From Parasitella parasitica NRRL 2501 (taxonomy: Eukaryota > Fungi > Mucoromycota): a stretch of 64,000 bases of DNA. Below, one piece after another: positions 29,063-39,963 of this stretch (within the stretch, counting starts at the first letter, position 1; each line of letters begins with the position of its first letter). The DNA lies in contig MU619256.1 of the NCBI GenBank assembly GCA_025201805.1, forward strand, positions 1 through 64,000. The letters run 5' to 3'. A program made the position numbers and the translations under genes. The notes under the pieces are model-generated. The model saw only the letters and a program-made list of their open reading frames with translations. It searched no databases and had not been told where the DNA came from.

Positions 29063-29227
29063 TATACCTGCTGCAAAAAAAAAAAAAAAAAAATAGGAGA
29101 TGGAGAGTGTTCATAACAACGCGCGTGTTGCGTGATAAGTCACAAGCATGGTTTTATGTAAGGATATATCAATAAGAGAGGCATGTATGTACAGAAATGT
29201 CGAGTTATTTGATGGCTTCTTTCTTTT

Positions 29228-31022
29228 TTATCTTTTATCAAAGTAAGGTAGTTGGTTTTGGATTGGAGGCAAGTCTTCTTGTTTAAAAGGAGGAATTTTT
29301 GGTGGATTAAATGAATGTTGAATTGGCGGCAAGCTGTCTATTTTCATGTCTACGTTTGTAAAATTGAGAAAGTTTTGACATTTCAAACAATTGAGGCTTT
29401 TCAAAAATTTACCTTCTTGTGGATATATGCGTTTTTTACTCGATGAGTGGCTATTGTTGCTTATAATGGATATTGGTGCTAGCCTACACTCTTCACTTAT
29501 AAGCGGCGTGGTATTGTGTGGTAAATTTTCGTTTTGATCTAGTAAATACGACAAACTGAGTCGACGTTTTGTTGATACACATTTATCGGTTTCTGAAAAA
29601 TAGCAACATGTTTAGGAATTGCAACATTTAACATTTTTTTTAAAGATTAATTATATCCGTACCTGTGTGAACTCTTTTGAAGGCTGATAGGTTGTGGTTG
29701 TGATAGTCTGTTCCTACGCGCGTATCAATAGTGTTTTCTTCTGATTGAGGAGACAATAAATGAGTGAGATTTGACGGCTTGAATTTATTTTCCACTGGTC
29801 GCGATGGCGACAGTTGTTGTGATTCATCATCTTCATCATCTTCATCTTCATCTAGTTCATATTCATCTAATTCATCTTCCGAGCCTGTGGTTGCATAAAG
29901 TGGTGTTATAGAATCCTTTATGGTGGTACTTTCTATCATGGTATTATGTTTATTATCGACGTGGCCAGTGCTAATTGCTTTTCGGATGGTTTTTCTTTTT
30001 AGATTGACGTATCTTGATGGCCTTGGCCCAGATTCCTTTCGTATCCTGATCTTTAAGCCTTGCTTTGCAAAGCTTTGAACTAGAGGACAAGAACGATACA
30101 TACCAGGAAACTATTTTTTTTTTTTTTTTTTTTTTTTTTTNNNNNNNNNNNNNNNNNNNNNNNNNNNNNNNNNNNNNNNNTAGTACCTGACTATAATGAC
30201 ATAAACCCCTACACTTACAGTTTTTGCAGAATAAACAGTAAATGGTTCTGTTAGAACTGATAAGTTATAGTTTACTGTATGTCTATTCACAGCTTTTTAA
30301 TGATGTGCTAATTAAAATATTTTACTTTGTAAACTTACTCTCGAATATCGAATAAACACATCCGTAGTTTATAGTTTCCTTCGGCACGAACAGATATGTC
30401 TGAGAACACGAAAAAGGCACCCTCCATTCCGTCTAGATCTCTTAATGTATACAGGGAAGAAACAGTTCGGCCCACCGTTAATTTACTATGAAGCAAAATG
30501 TTCAGTTGCTCTTGATCTTCTCTTCCATCAGCAGGAATAAGTACAGCAATCAAAAATAAATGTGAGGACAAGGTGGATAATCTAATGGCGCTGTTCAGTA
30601 AAATGCAAATTTGACAAGCGATGAACTGCTACCTTTCAACAGATGCCTCATCAGTACTATTCATAACTATTTGGACAACGGGTGGCGGATCAATAGGTCT
30701 CCTATCGACTGAACATACATACATCATTGTCAGATTGTCAGCTAATAAACATTTACATGCAAGGAATCAATTTCTGTACCTCTTTCACCAATGCCGCACA
30801 TTCTGGAATGCACAGGCTGTTGTCTGATGATCAATTTGAAGGAACTAATGTAGATGGTGGATATGAGTAATTCTCGTTGCAAATAAAAACCAAGCCGTCA
30901 TTACCTGTTTGAAGTGTCAGGCTGAAGAACTATAATTTATGATTTCCCTGCGGTTTTAGTTCATTCTAAAAATGTAGTTTTTGCAGAAAATAAAATAAAC
31001 TTGAATCAGACTAACCTTGCAT
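29228..31022 (-). CDS. velvet-domain transcription factor (VosA/VelC-like), multi-exon
   Basis: Spliced N-terminus MQ|VLQPDTSNS|SFKLIIRQQPVHSRMCGIGER|VDRRPIDPPPVVQI; GRTVSSLYTLRDLDGMEGAFFVFSDISVRAEGNYKLRMCLFDI; FPGMYRSCPLVQSFAKQGLKIRIRKE. Confidence 0.92.
30141..30180. other. assembly gap (N run) in a velvet gene intron
   Basis: Ns after poly-T. Confidence 0.95.
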
Positions 31023-31588
31023 GCTTGATTTTATGGACAAGAATGAGAAGTTAAATGGTGGAAATGTACAGCAAAAATTCTCAAGACGAGAAAAAAATAG
31101 AAAAAGGAAAAGGGAAGGAAAAGGAGAATTTATTGAAAACCAAAATTGATTCGAGTTTTTTTGCTTGAGAGAAAACCCACAAGTTTTTTTGTGATGCTTC
31201 AACGTGCCCGATCGATGGTTGTCCCGAGCCATGTTTTTTCTTTTGTTGGTTCCCCTCTCTTTCACTTATGTTAACCCCCACAGACTCTAAACTTTGCATC
31301 TGCTTTATGAGATAATTCTTGGTTCTTTGATGCGCTAAAAAAAATGCTACAATATGTCAGCATGCTTCAAACATATACAAAAACCAAAAAAAAAAAGGTT
31401 GGCGGAATCTACCATTAGCATATACTGCAAGCTCAAAAAGTTACACTAATTGCCATCTGTGTCTGTTATAACCACCAAATCAATTTCATCGACAGATTGA
31501 TATCCAAAATAATTATCCTCATTCGGGGCCAAAGAGGGGCATATTCCTTCTCGTTATCTCATTAGTGAAAAAAAAAAAAAAAAACATT

Positions 31589-32052
31589 TTATTTGTTCTT
31601 TTTTAATGCATTTTCCATTGCTGTCACTTCTTGTTCCAAATGTTGCTTAGCAACTAATTCCTTTTCTCTTTGTGCAATCTGTCGCTGTATATTTTCAGCT
31701 TGAAATCGTCTATCTCTTTCACTGTATTGGTCTTGATAAAAGTCCTGATTCACTGCTGGAGAGACTCGATGTTGACGAGCATCATAGACTATAACATACA
31801 ACCAGTTAATACATGTCGAACTTGGTTCAATTAAAACGTACTACAATAGGCTCCATAGATTGCTCCCGACGCAGCAGATGCAATGGCCACTCGCTTGACA
31901 TTTTGTCTGTATTTTAACACTTTTTCAAAGTGCTCAGCTGAACCAGGAGGCCCAATTGCCTTGGTTTCAATTCGATCTAGTATAAATTTTATTCCATAAA
32001 TGGATGCTCCTCCAACAAATGCTAGTACAAGTGGCGGTAAACGAGGTATCAT
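31589..32052 (-). CDS. small hypothetical membrane protein with C-terminal coiled coil (2 exons)
   Basis: ATG after an A/T-rich leader; two hydrophobic segments; a GTACGT...ATAG intron joins the two ORFs in frame. Confidence 0.65.
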
Positions 32053-32878
32053 TTTATTTGAATATTACTGCGAAAAAAAAAAAAAAAAAAAAAAAAGAAT
32101 TTGTCAGAGAAGGGTTATCACATTGCGACACACCTCTTCCGCCGTCACCGGTGATTGATTGGTTGCTAAGGTGTGCCTGACTTGACATCGAATGTAACAT
32201 GAAACGTACCGAAACTTGTGATCCAGATATCTTTCAACATGAAGATCATCTATCTTCGATCAAGAATTAATGTGTGTAATGAAAGGTATGTAATGATACA
32301 TGAAATACTTGAGATCTCAGGATCCCAAGGCCTGAATATGTACATACGCTCTTCGATATGGATGACCCTGAGCGTCATTGTAAGAAAAAAACGAATCAAG
32401 TACAAGTAAAAGAAGGCTACTAAATTAAATGTAAATAAATGACAGATGCCCGTGCTCAAAAAGTTCTTCTTTAATTATAAAACTTTTTGTTTTTTTAAAT
32501 ATACTATAGAATAATATTGCAGCTTAATTATGATAGCCATGTGTCCCTTGCTCGACAGTTCCTTAAATTAGGCAATTATCCTCGAGGCCTTTTATTGTAT
32601 ATTTTAAAAAGTTGAAATGTTCAAGTTTTATACGTTTGCACATGCAATGCTTCGAATGTCAATGATATAAAAACATTACGCTTTAGCTTTTTTCCAAAAC
32701 AAAATAACAATGTTTGCTGCAGCGTTTGTGCATGTCAGGAGCGGCAAAAGCTTTAATTTGTCTTGCATTCAAATACTAATGCCATGGTTCTCTAACCAAC
32801 TGCATCGCCTTGAATAAGGAAAGTATCACAAGGTTTTTAAATTTAGTGTTATAAGATACTAGTCTCTTTCTTTCTCTT

Positions 32879-32898
32879 TCTCTCTCTCTCTCTCTCTC
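32879..32898 (+). repeat. (TC)n microsatellite in the Rho 5' leader
   Basis: Direct sequence. Confidence 0.85.
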
Positions 32899-32933
32899 TT
32901 CCTTTCTTTCTTCTCTGTTCTTCACTTTTGAAT

Positions 32934-33764
32934 ATGAAAAAAGTAAGGTCAACGCTGTCCGTTATACATTTTTTTAAAGATTCCTGACAACAGTTGAACT
33001 CTTCAATAGATTACTCGAAAAAAATTGGTTGTTATTGGAGATGGATGTTGCGGAAAAACATGTCTGTTGCATGTCTATCAAAACAAAAAATTTCCAGAGG
33101 TACGAACGATTCGCCTTTCCATTAATGCTCAAAAACCAAACAGTTTCTTTTAGGGTTACGTTCCAACAGTTTTTGAGAATTACATCATGACCGTAAAACA
33201 TGAATCAGGCAAGTCAATCGAGTTATCACTATGGGATACTGCTGGCCAGGAAGAATATGATAGACTTCGACCTCTATGTTACCCGGAAACCGATGTCATT
33301 CTAATTTGTTTTGCCATTGATCAAATTCAGTCGTTTACAAATGTCCAGGACAAGGTATAAACAAGCAAATACATATATACTGCGTGTTAGACACACTAAA
33401 TGCTAATTTGCGTTCAATACTAATAGTGGGTTCCGGAGTTGGATCACTTTTTGTTCAATACACCTCGTTTATTAGTTGGTACAAAGAAAGATTTAAGAGG
33501 GGATAAAGATCATATAAGACGGCTGAACATGAATGGACAAAAGCTTATAAGCACTAGAGAGGTATTAAGCGTATAAAAATCATACAGAATTCAAGCTAAC
33601 TGCATATTGTCTAGGCTGAAGAATTGGCAAAGAAAATCGGCACACAATACATTGAATGCAGTGCAAAAGAAAACGATAACGTCAAAGAAGTGATAGATAC
33701 CGCCACAGGGCTTATTCTGAACAATCGAAGGGGCAAAATATCAAAGATTTGTATTCTACTTTGA
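32934..33764 (+). CDS. Rho-family small GTPase (Rho4-like), 5 exons, absent from the ORF track
   Basis: Manually spliced: MKK|[23 protein letters not shown]|[33 protein letters not shown]..|[14 protein letters not shown]..|..YIECSAK..CILL* (CAAX box). Confidence 0.93.
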
Positions 33765-34140
33765 TTTTTTTTTTAAAATAAAATAAAACATAAGAATAAA
33801 TAATTTATACCTTACTTGTGTGCTACAGCTGATGTTTTGATGTGATATGAATTGACAATCAAGTGTATTATGAATGTGTCATAATTATTGCCAAATACCC
33901 CTTTTAAACTTTGTGGAACATGGTATTATAGATTCAGCGGGAATAATTTGAGACATTACACTGGAGACTTGTTCGTCCACTTTGTATCCTGCCAATGTAA
34001 AAATTGTCACATTATATAACTAATATTTGCTAATAATAATGAAAACTAAATAAGGAGAACATCAATTTGTCAGTGATCTGAACTAGACAATAAATGTTTA
34101 TGTTATTACCCTTCTGCGATGGGAGTACAATTATCTAATA

Positions 34141-35310
34141 GATGCACAGATTTCGGTTACTTTTGGCAAACAACTTATAAATCGAAATGTCACTTCCCCG
34201 ATAGTTTACAAAAATTAAAGATGCGGCGCTCAATTAATATTGAGTTATCCCACTTTTTATACTATTTATTTGTTTACTTTCAAAGAGTATTAACTCCTTC
34301 GAAAGGCGAGTCCGATATCTGTTTTCTGTACAAAAAAAAATAGGGCTAAATTGTTGAATTGTGTGCGCTTGGCATCGGTGGGGTTTGGGTTGAGACAGGG
34401 GAAATTTACTCCAAACAAAAGGCAACCAAAATCAGCAAGGCCAATTGCAAATGCTGAGACCTGGTTGCGGAACATTTCTTGAGCATTGATTAAGAGTATT
34501 TTTGCAAGATCCTTTTCCATCTCCAAAACTTTGTACCCGTCTTCTGTGATATTCTCTTTCCGTATCAACGAATTTGTAAAAAATAATCAAGCCAGTATCT
34601 TGATTGATTTGCTTAAAGCCCGAAGTGAGAGCACGAGGTAGAGCCAAGCGTTCAAAAACATCAGCTTCATCTGTATCTGAACCATCGGCATTGTCTGCAT
34701 CTTTGGTTTCTTCTATAGTAGTAACACATAGAATAGGTTTCTTTTATTATATACATATGTGTTCAAAGATATTGAGTTACATATCCAAGATCTGAAACCT
34801 ATTGTACAGCTTCAAGTGAGATGCGAAACGATCGATATCAAAAAACACTGTCTCGGTTGTCTTTTTAGTGCCATTATTCGTGCCATTGAGCACGGCTGTT
34901 GTCAGATCAATGCTTTTATCCAGCTTGCATTTCTCTACCTTTCTACAGCATTCTTTGATACCCACAGTAAAGGGCTTAAATGATATTAGATTTTTCGAAT
35001 CATCTACTTAAGGTTTTCCATTTTCATAAATCTCTTGCCTCAGTGACTGAAGCCTTTCCTTTGTATCTCGAATACTTGACTTTTTGCTTCTTTTCATCAG
35101 AAAACAGCTTTCGTCTTCCATTTCTTCTTGCCTTACTATACTTCAGATGTTGAAGATTACACTCGTGCTATTTTCATAATTTTTCGATTTTGTTTTACAT
35201 GATTAATTTGATGAAATACCTCAGTTCAATCTATTGCGGGTAACATTTATAAAACAATCGGTTACCACTATTTCAATTCAGTTGTCGTGGCAACCGTTCC
35301 TGATCGGATC
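34141..35310 (-). mobile_element. non-autonomous DNA transposon relic carrying a Fanzor/TnpB-like remnant
   Basis: TA immediately outside both ends (34139-40, 35311-12). Degenerate inverted ends: GATGCACAG..CGGTTAC..ACAACT..AATCGAAAT..CCGATAGTTT versus the reverse complement GATCCGATCAG..CGGTTGC..ACAACT..AATTGAAAT..CCGATTGTTT. TCGGTTAC recurs at 34153, 35258 and 35326. Confidence 0.5.
34290..35180 (-). pseudogene. Fanzor (eukaryotic TnpB-like RuvC nuclease) pseudogene, internally deleted
   Basis: Fragment AVLNGTNNGTKKTTETVFFDIDRFASHLKLYNRF resembles RuvC-I GTDNG (here D>N); fragment RNQVSAFAIGLADFGCLLFGVNFP resembles RuvC-III RDxxSAxAIGL (here D>N). Stops and frameshifts are present, and no RuvC-II/zinc-finger segment lies between the two. 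Recognised from memory of Mucorales proteins, not from a search. Confidence 0.62.
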
Positions 35311-36170
35311 TAAGGTTAAATTTCGTCGGTTACTATTCTATCTAAATAGAAGTAATCAAACGAATGTCTTGTATAAAAAGTCCCTCGCTATACGGGTTCT
35401 ACTTGTTATAATCTAAATTGCGAAGCTCAACTTATCGATGAATGATTCACATTCAGAATGATTAGCTGATTAAATATAGAAATAGGTCTTGCTCTGACTT
35501 TACTAGTGTGCTATAATCTTGTTTAACAATTATAATGACAAACATAATCTGATTGTATTTTGTAAATTGTTTCATATAGATTATTTATTCTAATAAAATA
35601 AATAGTGCTGTGCCAGTGTCAAAGGGCGCAGCGGAATGTTATGTAGATATGATTTGTATAAAGTAATAAAGACTTTTCTGAATAAAACCAGATACAAAAC
35701 TGAAGACTTTTATTGACATAAGATATGATCTCTATCTATCTATACTAAAATATATCCCAATCAATGTCTATCCACATAACATCTGATGTTTGACAAGAAG
35801 TGTCAAACCTCATTAAATCACAGCATTTTCAGGATAGACCTATCTTTTTATTTTATACTAAAGAGAAGATTGGGTAGGATGTCTTCCCGACATCCCGCGA
35901 TCTGATTTAGATGTATTCTTTGAATAAGCCTGGAACCTTGCAAGAGGTCCAATTACAACTTGTAGCTTTTTCCTTGTTTTTAAAAGAATTACCAACAATT
36001 AATATCATGATCTGTGCATTATGACGAAGTTAGATAAGACATATATGTAGCCTTTATATGGATACAACAAATAGACAGCTCTTTATCAATAAATAAAATC
36101 AATAATTTTTTATGTAGTAAATTGTCTTTATTACTTGCTTAAATTCTTTATCAAATACATAACAACTACC

Positions 36171-36196
36171 TGCTGCTGCTGCTGCTGCTGCTGCTG
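36171..36196 (+). repeat. (TGC)n microsatellite, intergenic
   Basis: Direct sequence. Confidence 0.85.
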
Positions 36197-36239
36197 TGCT
36201 CTTGTGGAGACCTGCTGGCACAATATCTTAATCAAAGTC

Positions 36240-36585
36240 TAATCAGCGATTATATAGAAAATGTGTGATATCTGCTGACAATTGCTGTTGACAGATAGCA
36301 CTAACTCAACGCTAGGTTTTCCAAGTTAGATTTCAGTTCAGCAAAAGTTATGCGCGGGTAACTTTTGATGGAAATATCACACAGTAAAGACCAAGTTTTA
36401 CTCAGATAGCAATGATTATGCCTGATTTTATGGCACATAAGACAGACTATATTTTGCTTTTTATCGAAGACTGTCAGCGATTAATTATACGTAACTTTAC
36501 TATAAAAATTAGTGTTATCATCTGGTAACTTGATAGATACCAATAACAACATGGACACAAATATTGTTGCCAAATAGTCCCAAAT
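36240..36585 (-). repeat. ~280 bp repeat family, inverted diverged copy plus a partial second unit
   Basis: Reverse complement of 36360-36585 reads ..CTATTTGGCAACAATATTTG..CCATGTTGTTATTGGTATCT..CTTCGATAAAAAGCAAAATATAGTCTGTCTTATGTGCCATAA..CAGGCATAATCATTGCTATCTGAG, colinear with 1-225. Confidence 0.8.
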
Positions 36586-36787
36586 CAACGCTTATATGGC
36601 ATTAAAATGGTTATCCTCACATCACTTTCCTCAGCTCATACAGTATAAAGTGTATAAACCCAACCAGAACGTTTATTTATTACTTGGTGGTTAATTTTTG
36701 AGAAGTTTTGATAAAGCATCATAGACAGAACAAACTAGCCTTTTCATGCTTTTGATACTACAAATATGTTACTACAAGGATTATAAA

Positions 36788-39700
36788 TCAACCAAGTGGA
36801 TCAAATGCATGTAAATCTAGTTTTTTTGTTGCAGGTGTAATGCTATTATTTTGAAGTGGTGTAAGAGATGGTTGCAATAAGCCATTTCCAGAAGACAATG
36901 GCATCATCGCTGTTGCTGGTTGATTTGCAAGTTTTGAAGTTACGGGCCTTAATGCGCTATAATTTGGATTATTGCTGCTATTGTTATTTAACGACATTTG
37001 ATTCGTTGCAAAAGAAGGAGGCATTGTTTGTTGTTGAAGCGACGAAGCAGTTGGTTTTAATGAAGATGACCAAGTATTGTGTTGTGGTTGTTGTTGAGTA
37101 TTCCAATTTATCGATGATACAATGGTAGGTGCAGCTGGCGTAGTTGTCGCAGGGACTAGCGGTTTGCTCCAAGCAGTATCCAATGATGGCTGCATTGTAG
37201 ATGATGTCTTCGCTGGCCAAGCCTTGTTTGAAGAAGAATGTTTCTGTTGCTGTAGAGGCAATGGAGTAGTAGTAAAAGGTTGACCAGGCGAAGAAGACCA
37301 CGAGGTTTGATGGACAATATCAGGTCTTTGCTGAGGAGTCATTACTTTAGTACCTGGAGTACGCTTATTTACTAAAGCTCCAAACATGTCATCATCTGAA
37401 TTAGCATGGTTATTAATTGCTTCGTTTCCTTGAACTAAATTTTCAAACGAAATGTTGCTATCAGCACCAATATTTGATTGGTTAATCAATTGAGGTGAAG
37501 ATATAGAGGGTGTGTTGACACTTTTAGTTTGCTCTTCCAACGATTTCACTTCTTTAAGATGTCTGGTATGTGCCTCTTCTACTCTATTTGTAAGATCACG
37601 GATTGTTTTCATAAACTTTTGAAATTGTTCTAGATTCAGTAATGATCCAAAACTCATTCTCCAAAGCTGTGGCAATATTTCTGTTGCAATAATCTCCTTG
37701 TCAGCGAGTTTACCCACCTCATCATACACCGCAAGAGTGGCCAACTGGAGGAGTGTATGTTCATTTGTTAGTCAAATGTGGACCAAGCCAGGTTTGACAT
37801 TTCTATGTTACATACCATCACTGCAGGTTCTTTTGTTTTTATATTTTTCAAGAGGGGTACCAGCTTTTCTTGAACTGTAAATTTATCCAGGACTTTGATC
37901 ATGGAATAGAAGCAGATCAGTGTGCTCACTTTGACCGACAAGATTGTAGTTTGTACAAATACGGTTTGAACTCTTGGGAATAAAGAGCTTTTGACAGCTG
38001 CATAATCTAACGATTCGGCTAAAGATGGTACGATTCGTAATGCTTTTTCTTGAACAGCGGTTGTTGGCGTTTCCAAAGCAGCATAAACAAGAGGCATCAC
38101 CTCTACATAATTGATATATTTTAGTTTAGAAATTACTCTGAAATTTACAAATTACCATCACGAAACACTTCTCTGGGTGTCTTTTGCTGTAATACGTCTA
38201 GCTTTTCAAGCAAAACAATCATATTTTGGGGAGGATCTCGAACATTAAATATGGGCTTCAATGAAGGCAGTACAAGATCGCAAAACTCTTCTTGTGAGAG
38301 TTTTTGAGTAACGACAAAAATATTGGGAATAGTGTAGGGTAACAGCTGATTATCCTTTAATTCCTCCAGTAATGCCGGTAAAATCTATGCGCCATGTTTA
38401 TATATCTTGACAAAATTACGCAGTGTTTTATACGTATACCTTTCTCTTCAAAACACGCTCGGGAAACTGACCTAATACTCGAGCTAATCCCTTCATAAAC
38501 TGGCCCTTTTCTTCTCTGGTCTTTTCCGGAAAAGACTCCAAAAACTTCATGGTTGAAACCAACAAGTTGTCAAAGTATTTTGAATTTTGAAAGCTGACTG
38601 GGTCCATTCTCTGGGTAGGGTGTCTAGTAAGAAGAGACCGAATAACATCTTGAAGGTGAGTAGGAATATTTGAGTATGATTGGGAAAGAATGGTCTTGAT
38701 TTGTCGTTCATAAGTATGAAAACTGTTGAAGGTCTTTAATATCGAAGCACCTTTGTTGTGTACAGCATAGGCTAAACATCCCAATGAAAACATATCGTTT
38801 GCTTGACACAAGTTGTTATCCAAAACTGATTCAGGGGCTATTTTCAATTTGTCAACATTCCACTCTGTAATTTTGTTCCTGATTGATGCCCAACTACCTG
38901 CATAATCCAAATTAATCTGACATGCTTCTGGCATGAACTCGTTGTTATCATGTCCCACATTTTCACTAGCATTTCCTGTATTTAAAAAGACACTGAAACC
39001 TAAGCTAAGATAATCAGATGTATATAAGATTGTTTGCTTCTCCATTGTATATTTTTACTATTACCCGCCAATTTTCCAATCGCCCTGTTAATTGCTCAAA
39101 GAATTTAGTAAATCTCGTGTAAAATTCACAGTTAGACACGACCCACCTTGGCATTTACAAAAATAGCATCTGTTGTAAGATTGTGATGCACAACCTTGGC
39201 ATCATTTAGGAATTGAAGGCCTTTACCAACCTGCAATAGGCCTTTTTGTATCTATCTTGAGGCTAAGCACATGATCTATGTCGCTCAAGTCCAACGAACC
39301 TCTAATTCATCCAGATCAAGACTTGGCGCATGGGATTCGGACGAATAATTGTCATTGCTTTTTACAAGATGGGTCAAGGAGCCCATGAGAGGCTCAGTGA
39401 CAAATACAATAGAACTGCGCGACTCGCTCACTGGTTCTACGACTTCTAAAATTGAGGGATGTCGCAATCTTGCTAAATGCCCTGCCTCTTTTTTTAATAG
39501 CTCGTATACAAGTTCTGTATCATGTCGAGAAGAGCCACGTTCTCGCTTAAAGAACGAGTCCATCAGCTTCTTTTCGAATATCTATTGGCGAATGAAGCGC
39601 ATTAGTTAATGTATAGATGGCTAAATAAATGTTGGTTACTATAGTTTACAAACAATGCTACTTTCTTTCCTGTAGTCTTTCTTTCGCCCTGATAGATCTT

Positions 39701-39796
39701 CCACAATCCTGAAGACGATATTTGGTGTTTAATGTCATATTTTGATGTCAATGAATTTGTGATTGAGCTTATGAACGAGTAAAATGCTGAGCTCAT
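36788..39796 (-). CDS. SCY1: SCY1-like pseudokinase (SCYL2/Scy1/Ppk32) with HEAT repeats, multi-exon
   Basis: GLWKIYQG..TGKKVALF; LKKEAGHLARLRHPSILEVVEP; GLQFL..VVHHNL; DWKLAG; LDYA|APE; HEAT repeats; low-complexity tail ending FDPLG. Confidence 0.9.
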
Positions 39797-39963
39797 GTTT
39801 TTCTTTTTGCTGGAGAAAGGAGAAGTGCACCATCTTGTAACAATGCAGCTATTGTGGTTGTTTAGACGTGACCATTTCTGGTAAATTGTTTGCAATGAAT
39901 AGCCGAGAGCAAGAGAACGAGAGGTTCTGGTATCAATAGAACTTTTCTTTCATCAAAACCAAA
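39797..39963. promoter_or_regulatory. short divergent (bidirectional) promoter between SCY1 and the Esc2/Rad60-like gene
   Basis: Head-to-head ATGs separated by only 167 bp. Confidence 0.5.

Noticed and set aside
26963-29100. poly(A)-TAGGAGA direct repeats flanking the 27114-29062 gene
   Set aside because: Low complexity, the gene has introns, and a similar string also occurs near 44955, so this is not a credible TSD.
35877-35895. Perfect hairpin GGATGTC-TTCCC-GACATCC
   Set aside because: Isolated 7-bp stem with no supporting context.
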